The notes beneath the pieces are model-generated. The model saw nothing but the letters and a program-made list of their open reading frames with translations, ran no database searches and was not told the DNA's origin. From Minisyncoccia bacterium (GTDB lineage: Bacteria; Patescibacteriota; Minisyncoccia; Phycocordibacterales; Phycocordibacteraceae): DNA of 64,000 bases. Made by a program: the position numbers and the translations under genes. The DNA lies in contig JBBQUV010000001.1 in assembly GCA_038212075.1 (NCBI GenBank), positions 35,200 through 99,199 of the forward strand, read 5' to 3'. This document shows, piece by piece, positions 29,163 through 37,721 of the stretch (its first letter is position 1; each line of letters starts with the position of its first letter).

Positions 29163-29410
29163 CAAAAATGTGCGGAGCAGATTTTAGTGCGGGGAAGCGA
29201 GACGTCTGCACGTCTCGTGTCTTGGAATCGAACGCCGGAGCATGTTCCATTCAGCAGAATGGAACGGCGAGGCGGTGCTCGACCAAAGTTTCTTATGAGC
29301 GAAGCGAATTAGAAACTTGAAGTGCTCTTGTGGTATAGACCATTACCGAGCGACGGCGAGGTAGTGAGTTGAAGGAGATAAGTGTAATCACGGTCCAAGT
29401 TCCCCAGCAA
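29163..29410 (+). ncRNA. tRNA-Gln-associated antisense structured element (copy 3)
   Basis: TGCGGGGA-[AGCGAGACGTCTGCACGTCTCGTGT]-CTTGGAATCGAA (29188-29232); ends GATAAGTGTAATCACGG-TCCAAGTTCCCCAGC. Confidence 0.8.
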
Positions 29411-29508
29411 ATTAGGACTAAGCACGTATGAGGGTTCCATTTGCGTTGCAGCGAAGTCCTTTTTGTTCAGGTCGTTGTAATTAACGCTTTGTCAAGTTAT
29501 AGTAAGTC

Positions 29509-29691
29509 ATGTATATGGAGGAAAATCCGGACATTCTGACACTAGAGCAAGCCAGTAAGCTCCTGAATTGCCACCCAAACACGTTGAGGAATTGGGACAA
29601 TAAAGGAATCCTGAAGGCCATTCGCTTTGGTACGCGGAAGGATCGTCGGTACAGAAAAAGCGACATACTTAAGCTGCTAAAACAAAAATAA
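29509..29691 (+). CDS. MerR/excisionase-like HTH protein
   Basis: LTLEQASKLLNCHPNTLRNWD...DRRY. Confidence 0.85.
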   Translation: MYMEENPDILTLEQASKLLNCHPNTLRNWDNKGILKAIRFGTRKDRRYRKSDILKLLKQK

Positions 29692-29693
29692 TT

Positions 29694-30620
29694 ATGAAAA
29701 ACTACTATCGCATAATGCTTGGACGAAAAAGTAGCCACGCTGATGAGGCACATAAGGGCAATTTCGTTGCGGCGGGCTTCATTAAAGACAAGGACCTCAC
29801 GCGTCACCTACCTGACAATTGGCGTGATTTTAATAAAGAATTCATCCCATTATTTCTTGATCAGAATCCTGAAAAGACAAAGATATCAGCGGGTCTCGCG
29901 TGCGGAATGCTCTGGACTGTCGCTAAGGGGGTTTTGGTGGGAGACATAGTGCTCTGCCCGGATGGTAAGGGTAGTTACTACGCAGGCGAGGTTACTGGCG
30001 AGTATGAATATCATAAGGGCGAAACGTTGCCGCATCGTCGGTCGGTTCGTTGGTTCACTCGTGCCATCTCACGTGACGAAATGAGCGAACCACTCAAGAA
30101 TTCAGCAGGTTCGATTGGTACGGTCAGCAATATAACGAAATATGCGGAGGAAATTGAGGCGCTAATTTCCGGCAGTCTTCCTGCCTCAATCATTTCGACT
30201 GATGCGACCATTGAAGACCCAAGCGAATTCGCGCTTGAAAAACATTTGGAGGACTTTCTTGTTCAAAACTGGCATGGCACAGAGTTAGGTAAGCGATTCG
30301 ATATTTATGAAGAGGATGGTGAAAAGGTTGGGCAACAATACCCAAGCGATACCGGTCCCATTGATATTCTCGCTATCAGTAAAGACAAAAAAGAGATAGC
30401 TGTCATCGAGCTCAAAAAAGGTCGTGCAAGTGATGTGGTCGTGGGACAAGTTCAACGATACATGGGGTATGTGAAAGAAGAATTAGCTGAAGACAATCAG
30501 TCCGTGCGAGGCATCATCATTGCGTTCGAGAATGATGTCAAAATAAATCGTGCCCTCTCTGTTGCTCCGAACATTGAGTTCTACACCTACAAAATCCACT
30601 TTAAGCTAGAGAAAAAATAA
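29694..30620 (+). CDS. NucS/DUF91-like PD-(D/E)XK endonuclease
   Basis: LEKHLEDFL, GPIDILA, VIELKKGRASD, GQVQRYMG. Confidence 0.85.
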   Translation: MKNYYRIMLGRKSSHADEAHKGNFVAAGFIKDKDLTRHLPDNWRDFNKEFIPLFLDQNPEKTKISAGLACGMLWTVAKGVLVGDIVLCPDGKGSYYAGEVTGEYEYHKGETLPHRRSVRWFTRAISRDEMSEPLKNSAGSIGTVSNITKYAEEIEALISGSLPASIISTDATIEDPSEFALEKHLEDFLVQNWHGTELGKRFDIYEEDGEKVGQQYPSDTGPIDILAISKDKKEIAVIELKKGRASDVVVGQVQRYMGYVKEELAEDNQSVRGIIIAFENDVKINRALSVAPNIEFYTYKIHFKLEKK

Positions 30621-30624
30621 TTTC

Positions 30625-30684
30625 ATGAGCAAAAGAGAAACAAATTCAAGTATGTCCAAAGAGCAGGAGCGAGCAGAGGATTGA
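30625..30684 (+). pseudogene. Possible 5' remnant of a type I R-M hsdM gene
   Basis: MSKRETNSSMSKEQERAED* resembles HsdM N-termini (KEQERAELHRTIW). Confidence 0.4.
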
Positions 30685-30758
30685 TGTGGTTGAATTAAAC
30701 AAGTTTGCAAAGCTATATAAAAAAGAATTAAAACATTTTATAAATTAACTTTAATATT

Positions 30759-31376
30759 ATGGATTCAAAAGAAACAAAAAATATATGGATAGTGGTCGTT
30801 GTTATTGCATTGATAGCGGGTGCATATTATTTTGGCACAGCATCAAAAAATCAAACTGGAGTTACAGATAATACACAAGATACTAATACGCTTACACCCA
30901 CCCAAGAAACTGCCACGCAACAAAATCAGGTTGCTCCAGTTGTTACCATTAAACCAAAAGTTACTGTCCCACAGAATACATACACTAACTTCGAGTTGTC
31001 AGAAAATCCAAAATATTTATTTAGCAAAGATTTTAACCCAAATAAAGCAAAGGTCTTTGGAGTTGGTATAGGTGACTTAAGAAGTAATATTACTTCTATA
31101 GTACCTCAACAAGAATACGGAAGCTGGGTAAGAACAACAAATTCAACTGCATATCGTATAGTAAATGGCATAGTGGTGGAAATAGCGCTTAATAATGATG
31201 GCATAGCTAATCTTTTTAGGACAGATGAAATTATTATAAAATTCGGTCAATCAGACCAAACTAAAACAACCGGTAACCCTCCATACACTACGACCACCTA
31301 TTACTACGTAAACAGAGGCTTGGTTGTTTATGATTATGGATCATCGGGTATAAAAGTAAATATTATTGGCAACTAA
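30759..31376 (+). CDS. Hypothetical membrane-anchored protein (AT-rich)
   Basis: N-terminal TM helix, Thr/Gln-rich linker. Confidence 0.75.
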   Translation: MDSKETKNIWIVVVVIALIAGAYYFGTASKNQTGVTDNTQDTNTLTPTQETATQQNQVAPVVTIKPKVTVPQNTYTNFELSENPKYLFSKDFNPNKAKVFGVGIGDLRSNITSIVPQQEYGSWVRTTNSTAYRIVNGIVVEIALNNDGIANLFRTDEIIIKFGQSDQTKTTGNPPYTTTTYYYVNRGLVVYDYGSSGIKVNIIGN

Positions 31377-31381
31377 AATGT

Positions 31382-32287
31382 TTGAACAGAGCTGAGTTTT
31401 TTATGTCTATACCAGAAAACTTTTTTAAAGATTCGAACGGAATAATCAAGTGGCACCAAGAACACCACCCGAAATCTTACGAAAGCTATTTTCTGATAAA
31501 AGAGAAAGTTAAAAATTCCAAATTTTCTGGCTCGGCTGGACTTCTGCGAAATTTAGAAGGAAATAAAACTGTCACAGGATTTCTGTCTTTTTTGACTGAA
31601 ATAAATCTTGCCAATTTGTTTTTGGATAAGAAGGTTAAAGATTTGTCTTATGAACCGAAACATATGTCTGGTGTTGATTTCTCTTTTAATGACATCGCGA
31701 TATCTGTTAAGAATCTCCACCCAAAAAATTACGAAAAGAGCGAACAACAAGTAATAGATGCATTTCGTACGGCAGGAGGCGGTAAAACGAGTTTGACTCA
31801 TAAAAACTTCTCCAGTATTGCTATTGAAGTTAAAAAAACTGAAATGGGTACTTATGGCTGGGAGAGGTTAGAAACTGGACACAGCGGATTTCTCGATAGT
31901 GATTTATACGAAATGTCTGCTCCATTAAATTACATTGGAAAATTTGAACAGTCAGATATAAAAAATAACAAAAGGGTCTTATTTTTCTTTATTCAATCAA
32001 GTGATTTTGCACAGTATTATATTCAAGATATCGTAATTTGGTATTTTGGATATCCTGTTGAAAAGTATCAACCAATTTTTCAGAACGATATGAATTGGTA
32101 TAACAAGCTTCTAAAAACACCTCCTAAGAAAAATAATATTGATGCAATCGTATTTATGTATGCACCCAATACCTTATTGAGCTGGCCACTTGGCTGTTTG
32201 GGTGATGTATCAGATAAGGCGGCACGATTACAGATTTATGCGAAGGAAAAATCTTTTTCCGAACAGATAAAATTAATTTTATCTTAA
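31382..32287 (+). CDS. Hypothetical AT-rich protein, possible degenerate PD-(D/E)XK fold
   Basis: 301-aa ORF; EINLA...YEP...VDF...ISVK spacing. Confidence 0.65.
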   Translation: MNRAEFFMSIPENFFKDSNGIIKWHQEHHPKSYESYFLIKEKVKNSKFSGSAGLLRNLEGNKTVTGFLSFLTEINLANLFLDKKVKDLSYEPKHMSGVDFSFNDIAISVKNLHPKNYEKSEQQVIDAFRTAGGGKTSLTHKNFSSIAIEVKKTEMGTYGWERLETGHSGFLDSDLYEMSAPLNYIGKFEQSDIKNNKRVLFFFIQSSDFAQYYIQDIVIWYFGYPVEKYQPIFQNDMNWYNKLLKTPPKKNNIDAIVFMYAPNTLLSWPLGCLGDVSDKAARLQIYAKEKSFSEQIKLILS

Positions 32288-32320
32288 GGGAGCAATCCTC
32301 GCTGTTTTATAATATTTCCT

Positions 32321-32597
32321 AAAAACGGCGGGGATTTGTGCGCGAACGGGAGGGTGGCTCAAGCGCATTTGCATTTGAGCCTCGGACATTTTCGCTAGGG
32401 CGTCCTGACTCACGGATGAGCGCCGCCGTTATCTTGCAATACAGAAATTCGAAGCGGAAGCGACACCACATACAGTCGATATGAAAACGAGAAAGGGGGT
32501 TGGCTGAGCCGGTTGGTCGAGCCCTGCCGAGACGAGGCGAAGCTGGGGGAAGGATTCCTTCCCCCAAACAGTCTCCTGCCCTCGCACCGCTCCGCAG
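32321..32597. other. GC-rich structured non-coding segment at the edge of the AT-rich island
   Basis: aacggcgg/ccgccgtt, ggctcaa/ttgagcc and gggggaagg/ccttccccc stems. Confidence 0.5.
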
Positions 32598-32915
32598 AGC
32601 GATAATACGCTGGGGTATGCGAAACGTCTTTTCAAAGAGGGGCGCCTGTCGGAGCAAGGCATTCACTTTTATAAGTTAGGCAGTGCAAAACCCACTCACG
32701 ATTACGGCATCCCTAAGAATCCTTCGATGCCAGTTGAGCTGAGTGAAATGCTCAAAAAGGACTCGAAGGCGAAAAAATTCTTTGAAGCATTTTCGCCCTC
32801 AAACAAAAAATCTATCTATCGCTGGATACTCAAAGGGAAACTTGAAGCAACAAGACAAAAGCGTGTTATGCACGTAGTTACTAAGGCGCGAGAAGGCAGT
32901 CGGGACGTAATTTAA
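32598..32915 (+). pseudogene. 5'-truncated YdeI/OmpD-associated family gene
   Basis: Frame upstream of the listed ATG reads SDNTLGYAKRLFKEGRLSEQGIHFYKLG...PVELSEML...FEAFSPSNKKSIYRWI...TRQKR; no N-terminal half. Confidence 0.7.
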
Positions 32916-32964
32916 AACTCCTAGCCTCATACCAGATGGTCAGGTCTAAGTTATACTTAAAAAT

Positions 32965-33321
32965 ATGCGAAACATTGCGCCAGAAATAGTTCGCAAAAGA
33001 TTGTTGGTTGAGGCGAAGTTTTCAATTGCTGTTGATGCCGAAGTGGTGAAGAATTTTCTGCTTTCACTTGCCGCTCACCTAGAACTGCGAACATATGGTG
33101 ACCCTATTATTCACTCTCCAGGCGGGGAAGGGAAAGAGGAGAATCAAGGCTTTGACGCTTTCATTCCGCTCATTGATTCCGGTATTTCTTTGTACGTATG
33201 GACAAATGTGCAATTTCTTTCTTGCGTTCTTTATACTTGCAAGGACTTCTCTACGGAGAACGCTGTTACATTCACAACCGATTTCTACAAAACAACCGAT
33301 TTGGTATTTCAGGAATTCTAG
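32965..33321 (+). CDS. S-adenosylmethionine decarboxylase-like protein
   Basis: GFDAFIPLIDSGISLYVW...YTCKDF. Confidence 0.65.
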   Translation: MRNIAPEIVRKRLLVEAKFSIAVDAEVVKNFLLSLAAHLELRTYGDPIIHSPGGEGKEENQGFDAFIPLIDSGISLYVWTNVQFLSCVLYTCKDFSTENAVTFTTDFYKTTDLVFQEF

Positions 33322-33380
33322 TTCAAAGAAATAACGGTGACGCCCAATGTGGAATCGAGAATCCGTACTATACTCAACAC

Positions 33381-34211
33381 ATGTCTAATAAAACAGCTCG
33401 CAACATTGGGCAGGGAATTCTTGCAATCGTTGTGCTCGCCGCTATTGGTGCCGGACTTTACTACGCAACCATGCATCGAAGTGTTTCTTCCTGTACTAAT
33501 CTCGTACTCACTCATTCACTGACCATTGGTAGCACTGATACTGCCAATGATGAAGAAGTGTCGAAACTGCAAACATATCTGCGTGCTTGGGGTGAAAAGA
33601 TTATGGAACCAAAAGTAAAAGATCTCCCCGTTACCGGTTACTTTGGTTCGCAGACACGCACTGCCGTCGCCTTGTATCAGAAAATTCATAACATACCGAC
33701 CGATCCAGAGAGCGATGTCGCTACCACTACTGAGTGGGATAACCCAAATTACGGCATCGTTGGTCCACGTACTCGGAACTTGCTTAACAAAAGTTGTCTT
33801 GAAGGGGGATTCAGTGCTGGTATTGCATCACCTGCAACTGACCCCCTCATCACGAGTGTTGTGCTCGGTGCCTATCAGCAGTCGCTCTCTCAACCACTTA
33901 CGGTGGCTGTGACGGTACTGCCCATCACCTTCAAAGGATTCATAGAACTATATATTGTTCCTGCAAATCATAGTGGGCAGTGGCAGACGCTTGGGAGAGA
34001 GGTCGCCCAGACGGGTGACATTAGAGATGGATTCTCGGGCACACTAAAATTTAACATCACTGATTTTTCAGGTGGTGGTCTCCCTCAGCATGCTGGGGTA
34101 GTGGATGTTACTCCTGGTACGTACACTATCGTCGCACATGCCTATGACGGCACTTCAAATGGCACTCGTGTCATGGACACGATGAGTCTACCCGTTACCT
34201 TCACGCGGTAG
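33381..34211 (+). CDS. Membrane-anchored peptidoglycan-binding domain protein
   Basis: EVSKLQTYL, TGYFGSQTRTAVALYQ, GIVGPRTRNLLN. Confidence 0.85.
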   Translation: MSNKTARNIGQGILAIVVLAAIGAGLYYATMHRSVSSCTNLVLTHSLTIGSTDTANDEEVSKLQTYLRAWGEKIMEPKVKDLPVTGYFGSQTRTAVALYQKIHNIPTDPESDVATTTEWDNPNYGIVGPRTRNLLNKSCLEGGFSAGIASPATDPLITSVVLGAYQQSLSQPLTVAVTVLPITFKGFIELYIVPANHSGQWQTLGREVAQTGDIRDGFSGTLKFNITDFSGGGLPQHAGVVDVTPGTYTIVAHAYDGTSNGTRVMDTMSLPVTFTR

Positions 34212-34257
34212 TACGAAGACTTGCGGTTTCAGTAGGGTGTGATATAATGAGTTTACT

Positions 34258-34584
34258 GTGACTTACACCAAGAAACCAAGCGGTTATGCTCGCAAGAGCT
34301 TCGGCACTCGCCCAAGCTCAGGGTTTAAACAAGACTCTCGTGGTGAATCGGCAGAGCGCTTCCAAGCGACCTGTAACGAATGCCATGCGAAGTGTGAAGT
34401 ACCGTTTCGCCCTAATGGCAAGAAGCCGGTTTATTGCCGCAATTGTTTTAAGGGCAAGGAAGAGACTCCGTCATATGGTGCTCGTGGATCCTTTAAGGAC
34501 CACAGCCGCCAAGATCCGGATTTCGCTCAGCGTCTCGACGCTATCGAAGCGAAACTAGACCGCATTCTCAAGTCACTCAGTTAA
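34258..34584 (+). CDS. CxxC-x17-CxxC domain protein
   Basis: ATCNECHAKCEVPFRPNGKKPVYCRNCF. Confidence 0.9.
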   Translation: MTYTKKPSGYARKSFGTRPSSGFKQDSRGESAERFQATCNECHAKCEVPFRPNGKKPVYCRNCFKGKEETPSYGARGSFKDHSRQDPDFAQRLDAIEAKLDRILKSLS

Positions 34585-34596
34585 TTGAATTAAGCG

Positions 34597-34631
34597 AGAA
34601 AAACCCGAAACCTTTGGTTTCGGGTTTTTCT
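34597..34631 (+). terminator. Rho-independent terminator
   Basis: agaaaaacccgaaacc-ttt-ggtttcgggtttttct. Confidence 0.85.
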
Positions 34632-34707
34632 ATACTCTTCGTTACTAAACGTACTGTTAGACTTTCTGATTAAATCGCTATAGTATCACCCGACTGGGCA
34701 TTAAGGA

Positions 34708-35031
34708 GTGGTTGAAATGAGTGAACTTTGGGAAATCTTGGTTCCTCGCGCGTTGAATGGCGGGGAAGAAATACCCGTTTCGTACCATCAAGCGTGGGAC
34801 AAGCGGGTGCGTGAAATTGCAGGTGGCCTCACGATTTTGAAGTCAGCCCGAGGCATCTGGGAAAGTCCGACAGGAGAGATCTTTCAAGAAGCGATGATCC
34901 CCGTTCGGATAGCCTGTTCCGAAGTGCAGATACGTCAGATCGCCAATTTGACCATGGATTACTATGACCAAGAAGCGGTCATGGCGTATCGGGTAAGCGA
35001 TCTTGTCATTATCCAGCACAAGGGATCATGA
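34708..35031 (+). CDS. Hypothetical protein
   Basis: LWEILVP...WDKRVREIAGGLTI...MIPVRIAC; AAGGAG SD. Confidence 0.75.
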   Translation: MVEMSELWEILVPRALNGGEEIPVSYHQAWDKRVREIAGGLTILKSARGIWESPTGEIFQEAMIPVRIACSEVQIRQIANLTMDYYDQEAVMAYRVSDLVIIQHKGS

Positions 35032-35129
35032 ATACGATTACGAAAACCGTGGCGGCCATTATTCTTTGGCCGCCACGCCCCTTTATATAAGCGTCCGCTC
35101 ATTGTTCCAGATTGAGGTAGAATAAAAAT

Positions 35130-35630
35130 ATGCAGAATATAGACTGGAACACTAAAGTTAAGGAAGCATTGGATCGTACTGAATTCATGGCAATCTCCAC
35201 TCTTGGAAGCGATGGAAGTTGGATATGTCCAGTGCAATTTGGGCACAACGAAAATTTTGAGCTCTATTTTAAATCAATGCCGCACTCAAAGCATATGCAG
35301 AATTTAAAAAATGACGAACGTGTCTCAGTTGCCATTTTCAAGACGGAACGTTTTCCAGGCACCCGAGAAGTGATGGGTTTACAGTTACGTGGAAAGGCTA
35401 CCGTTTTAACCGAAAGGAGCGATATTGAAGAAGCCGCCCGCCACATGTATGGCCGTGACCCAAGAAAGATAGATTATCGGACAAAGGTGGACGAACATCT
35501 TGGTCCTGACGCAGTTTGGAATTTCGTGAAAATAACACCGGAAGAAGCGTGGTGCTTCGACTCACGAGTTTTTGAAGAAGAGAGGGTGCAGATTGATTTG
35601 GCAACGTTAAAGCTTAAGCTCAACTACTAG
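35130..35630 (+). CDS. Pyridoxamine 5'-phosphate oxidase-like FMN-binding protein
   Basis: MAIST...LYFKS...SKHMQNLKNDERVSVAI...GLQLRGKA. Confidence 0.85.
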   Translation: MQNIDWNTKVKEALDRTEFMAISTLGSDGSWICPVQFGHNENFELYFKSMPHSKHMQNLKNDERVSVAIFKTERFPGTREVMGLQLRGKATVLTERSDIEEAARHMYGRDPRKIDYRTKVDEHLGPDAVWNFVKITPEEAWCFDSRVFEEERVQIDLATLKLKLNY

Positions 35631-35701
35631 GAGGGTTCCACTATCGTTCCAAACAGTAAAAGTATCACCATCGTTCCAAATAATTTTAAAAACTTCTTAC
35701 G

Positions 35702-36130
35702 CTAGGGTTTTAAAATTAGAGGAAGTTCTAGTTCTTTTTCCATTAAAATTAATTGCTTGAGTTGTTCGTCCATTCCTTCAATTATTTCTAACTGTTTAGG
35801 AACGAGACTGTCGTTCCTCGTATCATTTGTTGTCTCACCGCTTTTCCCTGGCACGACATATACGTTACCTGTTTCAGGGGTAGCTCCGGGAACAATTTTA
35901 ATTCCTTCCGTTCTAAATCTTTCTAGTACCGTATCTATGGGGGTTACGTACCCGATAAGGTCTTCTTCGTCGGCTTTCATTTTTGCATACGCTGTCGCAT
36001 CTATTCCTGGAAAAGGAAAAACCTTTCCGCCCTCGGCAAGTTCAATTGCCAAGGTCGCCATCTCTCTTTTCTGCCGGATGCGTTTTCCTTCAGGGCTTTC
36101 AAATATTTTGGCAGGTCCTTCTTCTCGCAT
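35702..36130 (-). CDS. Hypothetical protein
   Basis: 142-aa ORF from MREEG. Confidence 0.65.
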   Translation of the reverse strand: MREEGPAKIFESPEGKRIRQKREMATLAIELAEGGKVFPFPGIDATAYAKMKADEEDLIGYVTPIDTVLERFRTEGIKIVPGATPETGNVYVVPGKSGETTNDTRNDSLVPKQLEIIEGMDEQLKQLILMEKELELPLILKP

Positions 36131-36247
36131 ATGCGCAAGCGTACCACGTGGCCTATGTAGCACATCACTAACGTTCAATTTTATAAAAGAAAACCGCCCC
36201 TTCGTCGAAACGAAGGTTTGGTTTTCGTTTCGCCGAGGGGCGGTTGG

Positions 36248-36526
36248 TCAGCACATCAGCATGGTCAGGCCATAGACCGAGCCCGACAGGATACTGCAGC
36301 GATCCTTGTCGATGGTCACTGTCGGCATTTCATCGCTGTGGCAGATATGACCGTTGGTGAAGGTCAGCTTTCCGTGATCCACAGTGATGTCCATTATCGC
36401 TCCCTCCGTTTGGCAGAGATGGACGATGCTGGTGTTTGCGTGGTGGCGCGGCTTCGGCGTTTTTGCCTCAGCACCGGCAGTAGTTGCCATACAAATGGCC
36501 GTTGCGATAAGAAGAGCTTTCTTCAT
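36248..36526 (-). CDS. Small secreted Cys-containing hypothetical protein
   Basis: Signal peptide MKKALLIATAICMATTAGAEA; GGAGG SD. Confidence 0.65.
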   Translation of the reverse strand: MKKALLIATAICMATTAGAEAKTPKPRHHANTSIVHLCQTEGAIMDITVDHGKLTFTNGHICHSDEMPTVTIDKDRCSILSGSVYGLTMLMC

Positions 36527-36561
36527 GGATGCCTCCCTGTGCATCAAAAGGTTACATGTTT

Positions 36562-36590
36562 ATTATAATATACTATATATGTAAAGTCAA
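36562..36590 (-). promoter_or_regulatory. sigma70 promoter
   Basis: Minus strand TTGACT-17 nt-TATAAT. Confidence 0.75.
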
Positions 36591-36663
36591 TATTTCAGTA
36601 AAAAAGTCTATGGCGGCTCGGTGCTATACTTTTTACATCACTCTTATTCACTAGCGCACCACT

Positions 36664-37086
36664 ATGCCGGACTTCATTAATCTTTGGGTAATAGGGATTT
36701 CAATGATTCTTTCCGTAGTCCTTGGTTTTATTTGGTACGGTCCATTGTTTGGAAAGAAATGGATGGAACTGTCCGGCATTCCTATGCCGAGCGAAAAACC
36801 ATCTATGAAAATGATGGCAAAACCTATTCTCTTGTCCTTGATTGGTGCCCTCTTTATGAGCTTCGCACTTGTGTCGGTAACCGCGTTTCATAACGCGTAC
36901 TGGGACGTGACCGGCTACGCCGCAGGCCTTTCGTTCGCATTCTTTCTTTGGCTTGGATTTATTGTGCCTCCGTACTTGAATTTTTCTGGATGGGAACAGA
37001 AATCGTGGACGCTCTTCTGCATTAATACCGGCTATTGGCTTGTTCTGCTTTTTGTTATTGCTTCGCTCGCTGTTGTCCTTGGATAG
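36664..37086 (+). CDS. DUF1761-like membrane protein
   Basis: LGFIWYGPLFGKKW, WLGF, INTGY. Confidence 0.85.
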   Translation: MPDFINLWVIGISMILSVVLGFIWYGPLFGKKWMELSGIPMPSEKPSMKMMAKPILLSLIGALFMSFALVSVTAFHNAYWDVTGYAAGLSFAFFLWLGFIVPPYLNFSGWEQKSWTLFCINTGYWLVLLFVIASLAVVLG

Positions 37087-37101
37087 GGTAGAATTTTAAG
37101 A

Positions 37102-37572
37102 ATGGAGCGGAATAAGGCGATACCTGCGGCGTATCTTTTGCTTGAAAAAGAAGGCAAGTTTCTTATCGCACGACGTTGTAATACTGGATATTCGGACGGG
37201 CAGTATCAGGTGCCTGCAGGGCATGTAGACGCGGGAGAGCTTCCAAGCGAAGCGCTTATTCGTGAAGCAAAAGAGGAGATTGGCATTGCTATAGCTCCTG
37301 AGGACGTGAAGCTGGTGCATGTTTCGTATCGCCCAAAGCACGACAATACGGATAATCGTGTGGATTTTTTCTTTACGGTGCAAAAGTGGGGTGGTGAAGT
37401 GGAAAATAAAGAACCACATAAGTGTGATGATTTGCAGTGGGTGTTGCCTACGGAACTTCCGGAGAACATGACCGCGCATGTGCGTGATGCCTTCGAGTGT
37501 ATTCAAAAAGGAATTATGTATAAAGAGCTGGATCTAGAATTTTTAAAACTGCACGGGCTGTATCGCCCATAA
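37102..37572 (+). CDS. NUDIX hydrolase
   Basis: GHVDAGELPSEALIREAKEEIG Nudix box; NKEPHKC. Confidence 0.93.
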   Translation: MERNKAIPAAYLLLEKEGKFLIARRCNTGYSDGQYQVPAGHVDAGELPSEALIREAKEEIGIAIAPEDVKLVHVSYRPKHDNTDNRVDFFFTVQKWGGEVENKEPHKCDDLQWVLPTELPENMTAHVRDAFECIQKGIMYKELDLEFLKLHGLYRP

Positions 37573-37579
37573 CCTGCCT

Positions 37580-37669
37580 ATGCAACAAAAGTACTGGATG
37601 ATTGCGACAATCGTGGGTGCGGTCATTATCGTTGTTGGCGTTATCGCACTTGTCGCTATTCCCGTGTAA
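37580..37669 (+). CDS. 29-aa single-TM microprotein (absent from ORF track)
   Basis: MQQKYWMIATIVGAVIIVVGVIALVAIPV. Confidence 0.5.
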   Translation: MQQKYWMIATIVGAVIIVVGVIALVAIPV

Positions 37670-37721
37670 GGGTTTGCAACTTTGTACGTCTATAGAGCGT
37701 AATAAGAGTATCGCCAAGGCC

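Noticed and set aside
28960-29320. Three short ORFs around tRNA-Gln
   Set aside because: They overlap the tRNA and its repeats; explained by non-coding structure.
29163-29410. Group II intron remnant (GTGCG near the start)
   Set aside because: No domain V (AGC...GNRA) or AY end recognised, no RT, and GTGCG is not conserved in the other copies.
32319-32666. 115-aa and 77-aa minus-strand ORFs
   Set aside because: Arg/Pro-rich translations of a hairpin-rich segment overlapping the YdeI remnant.
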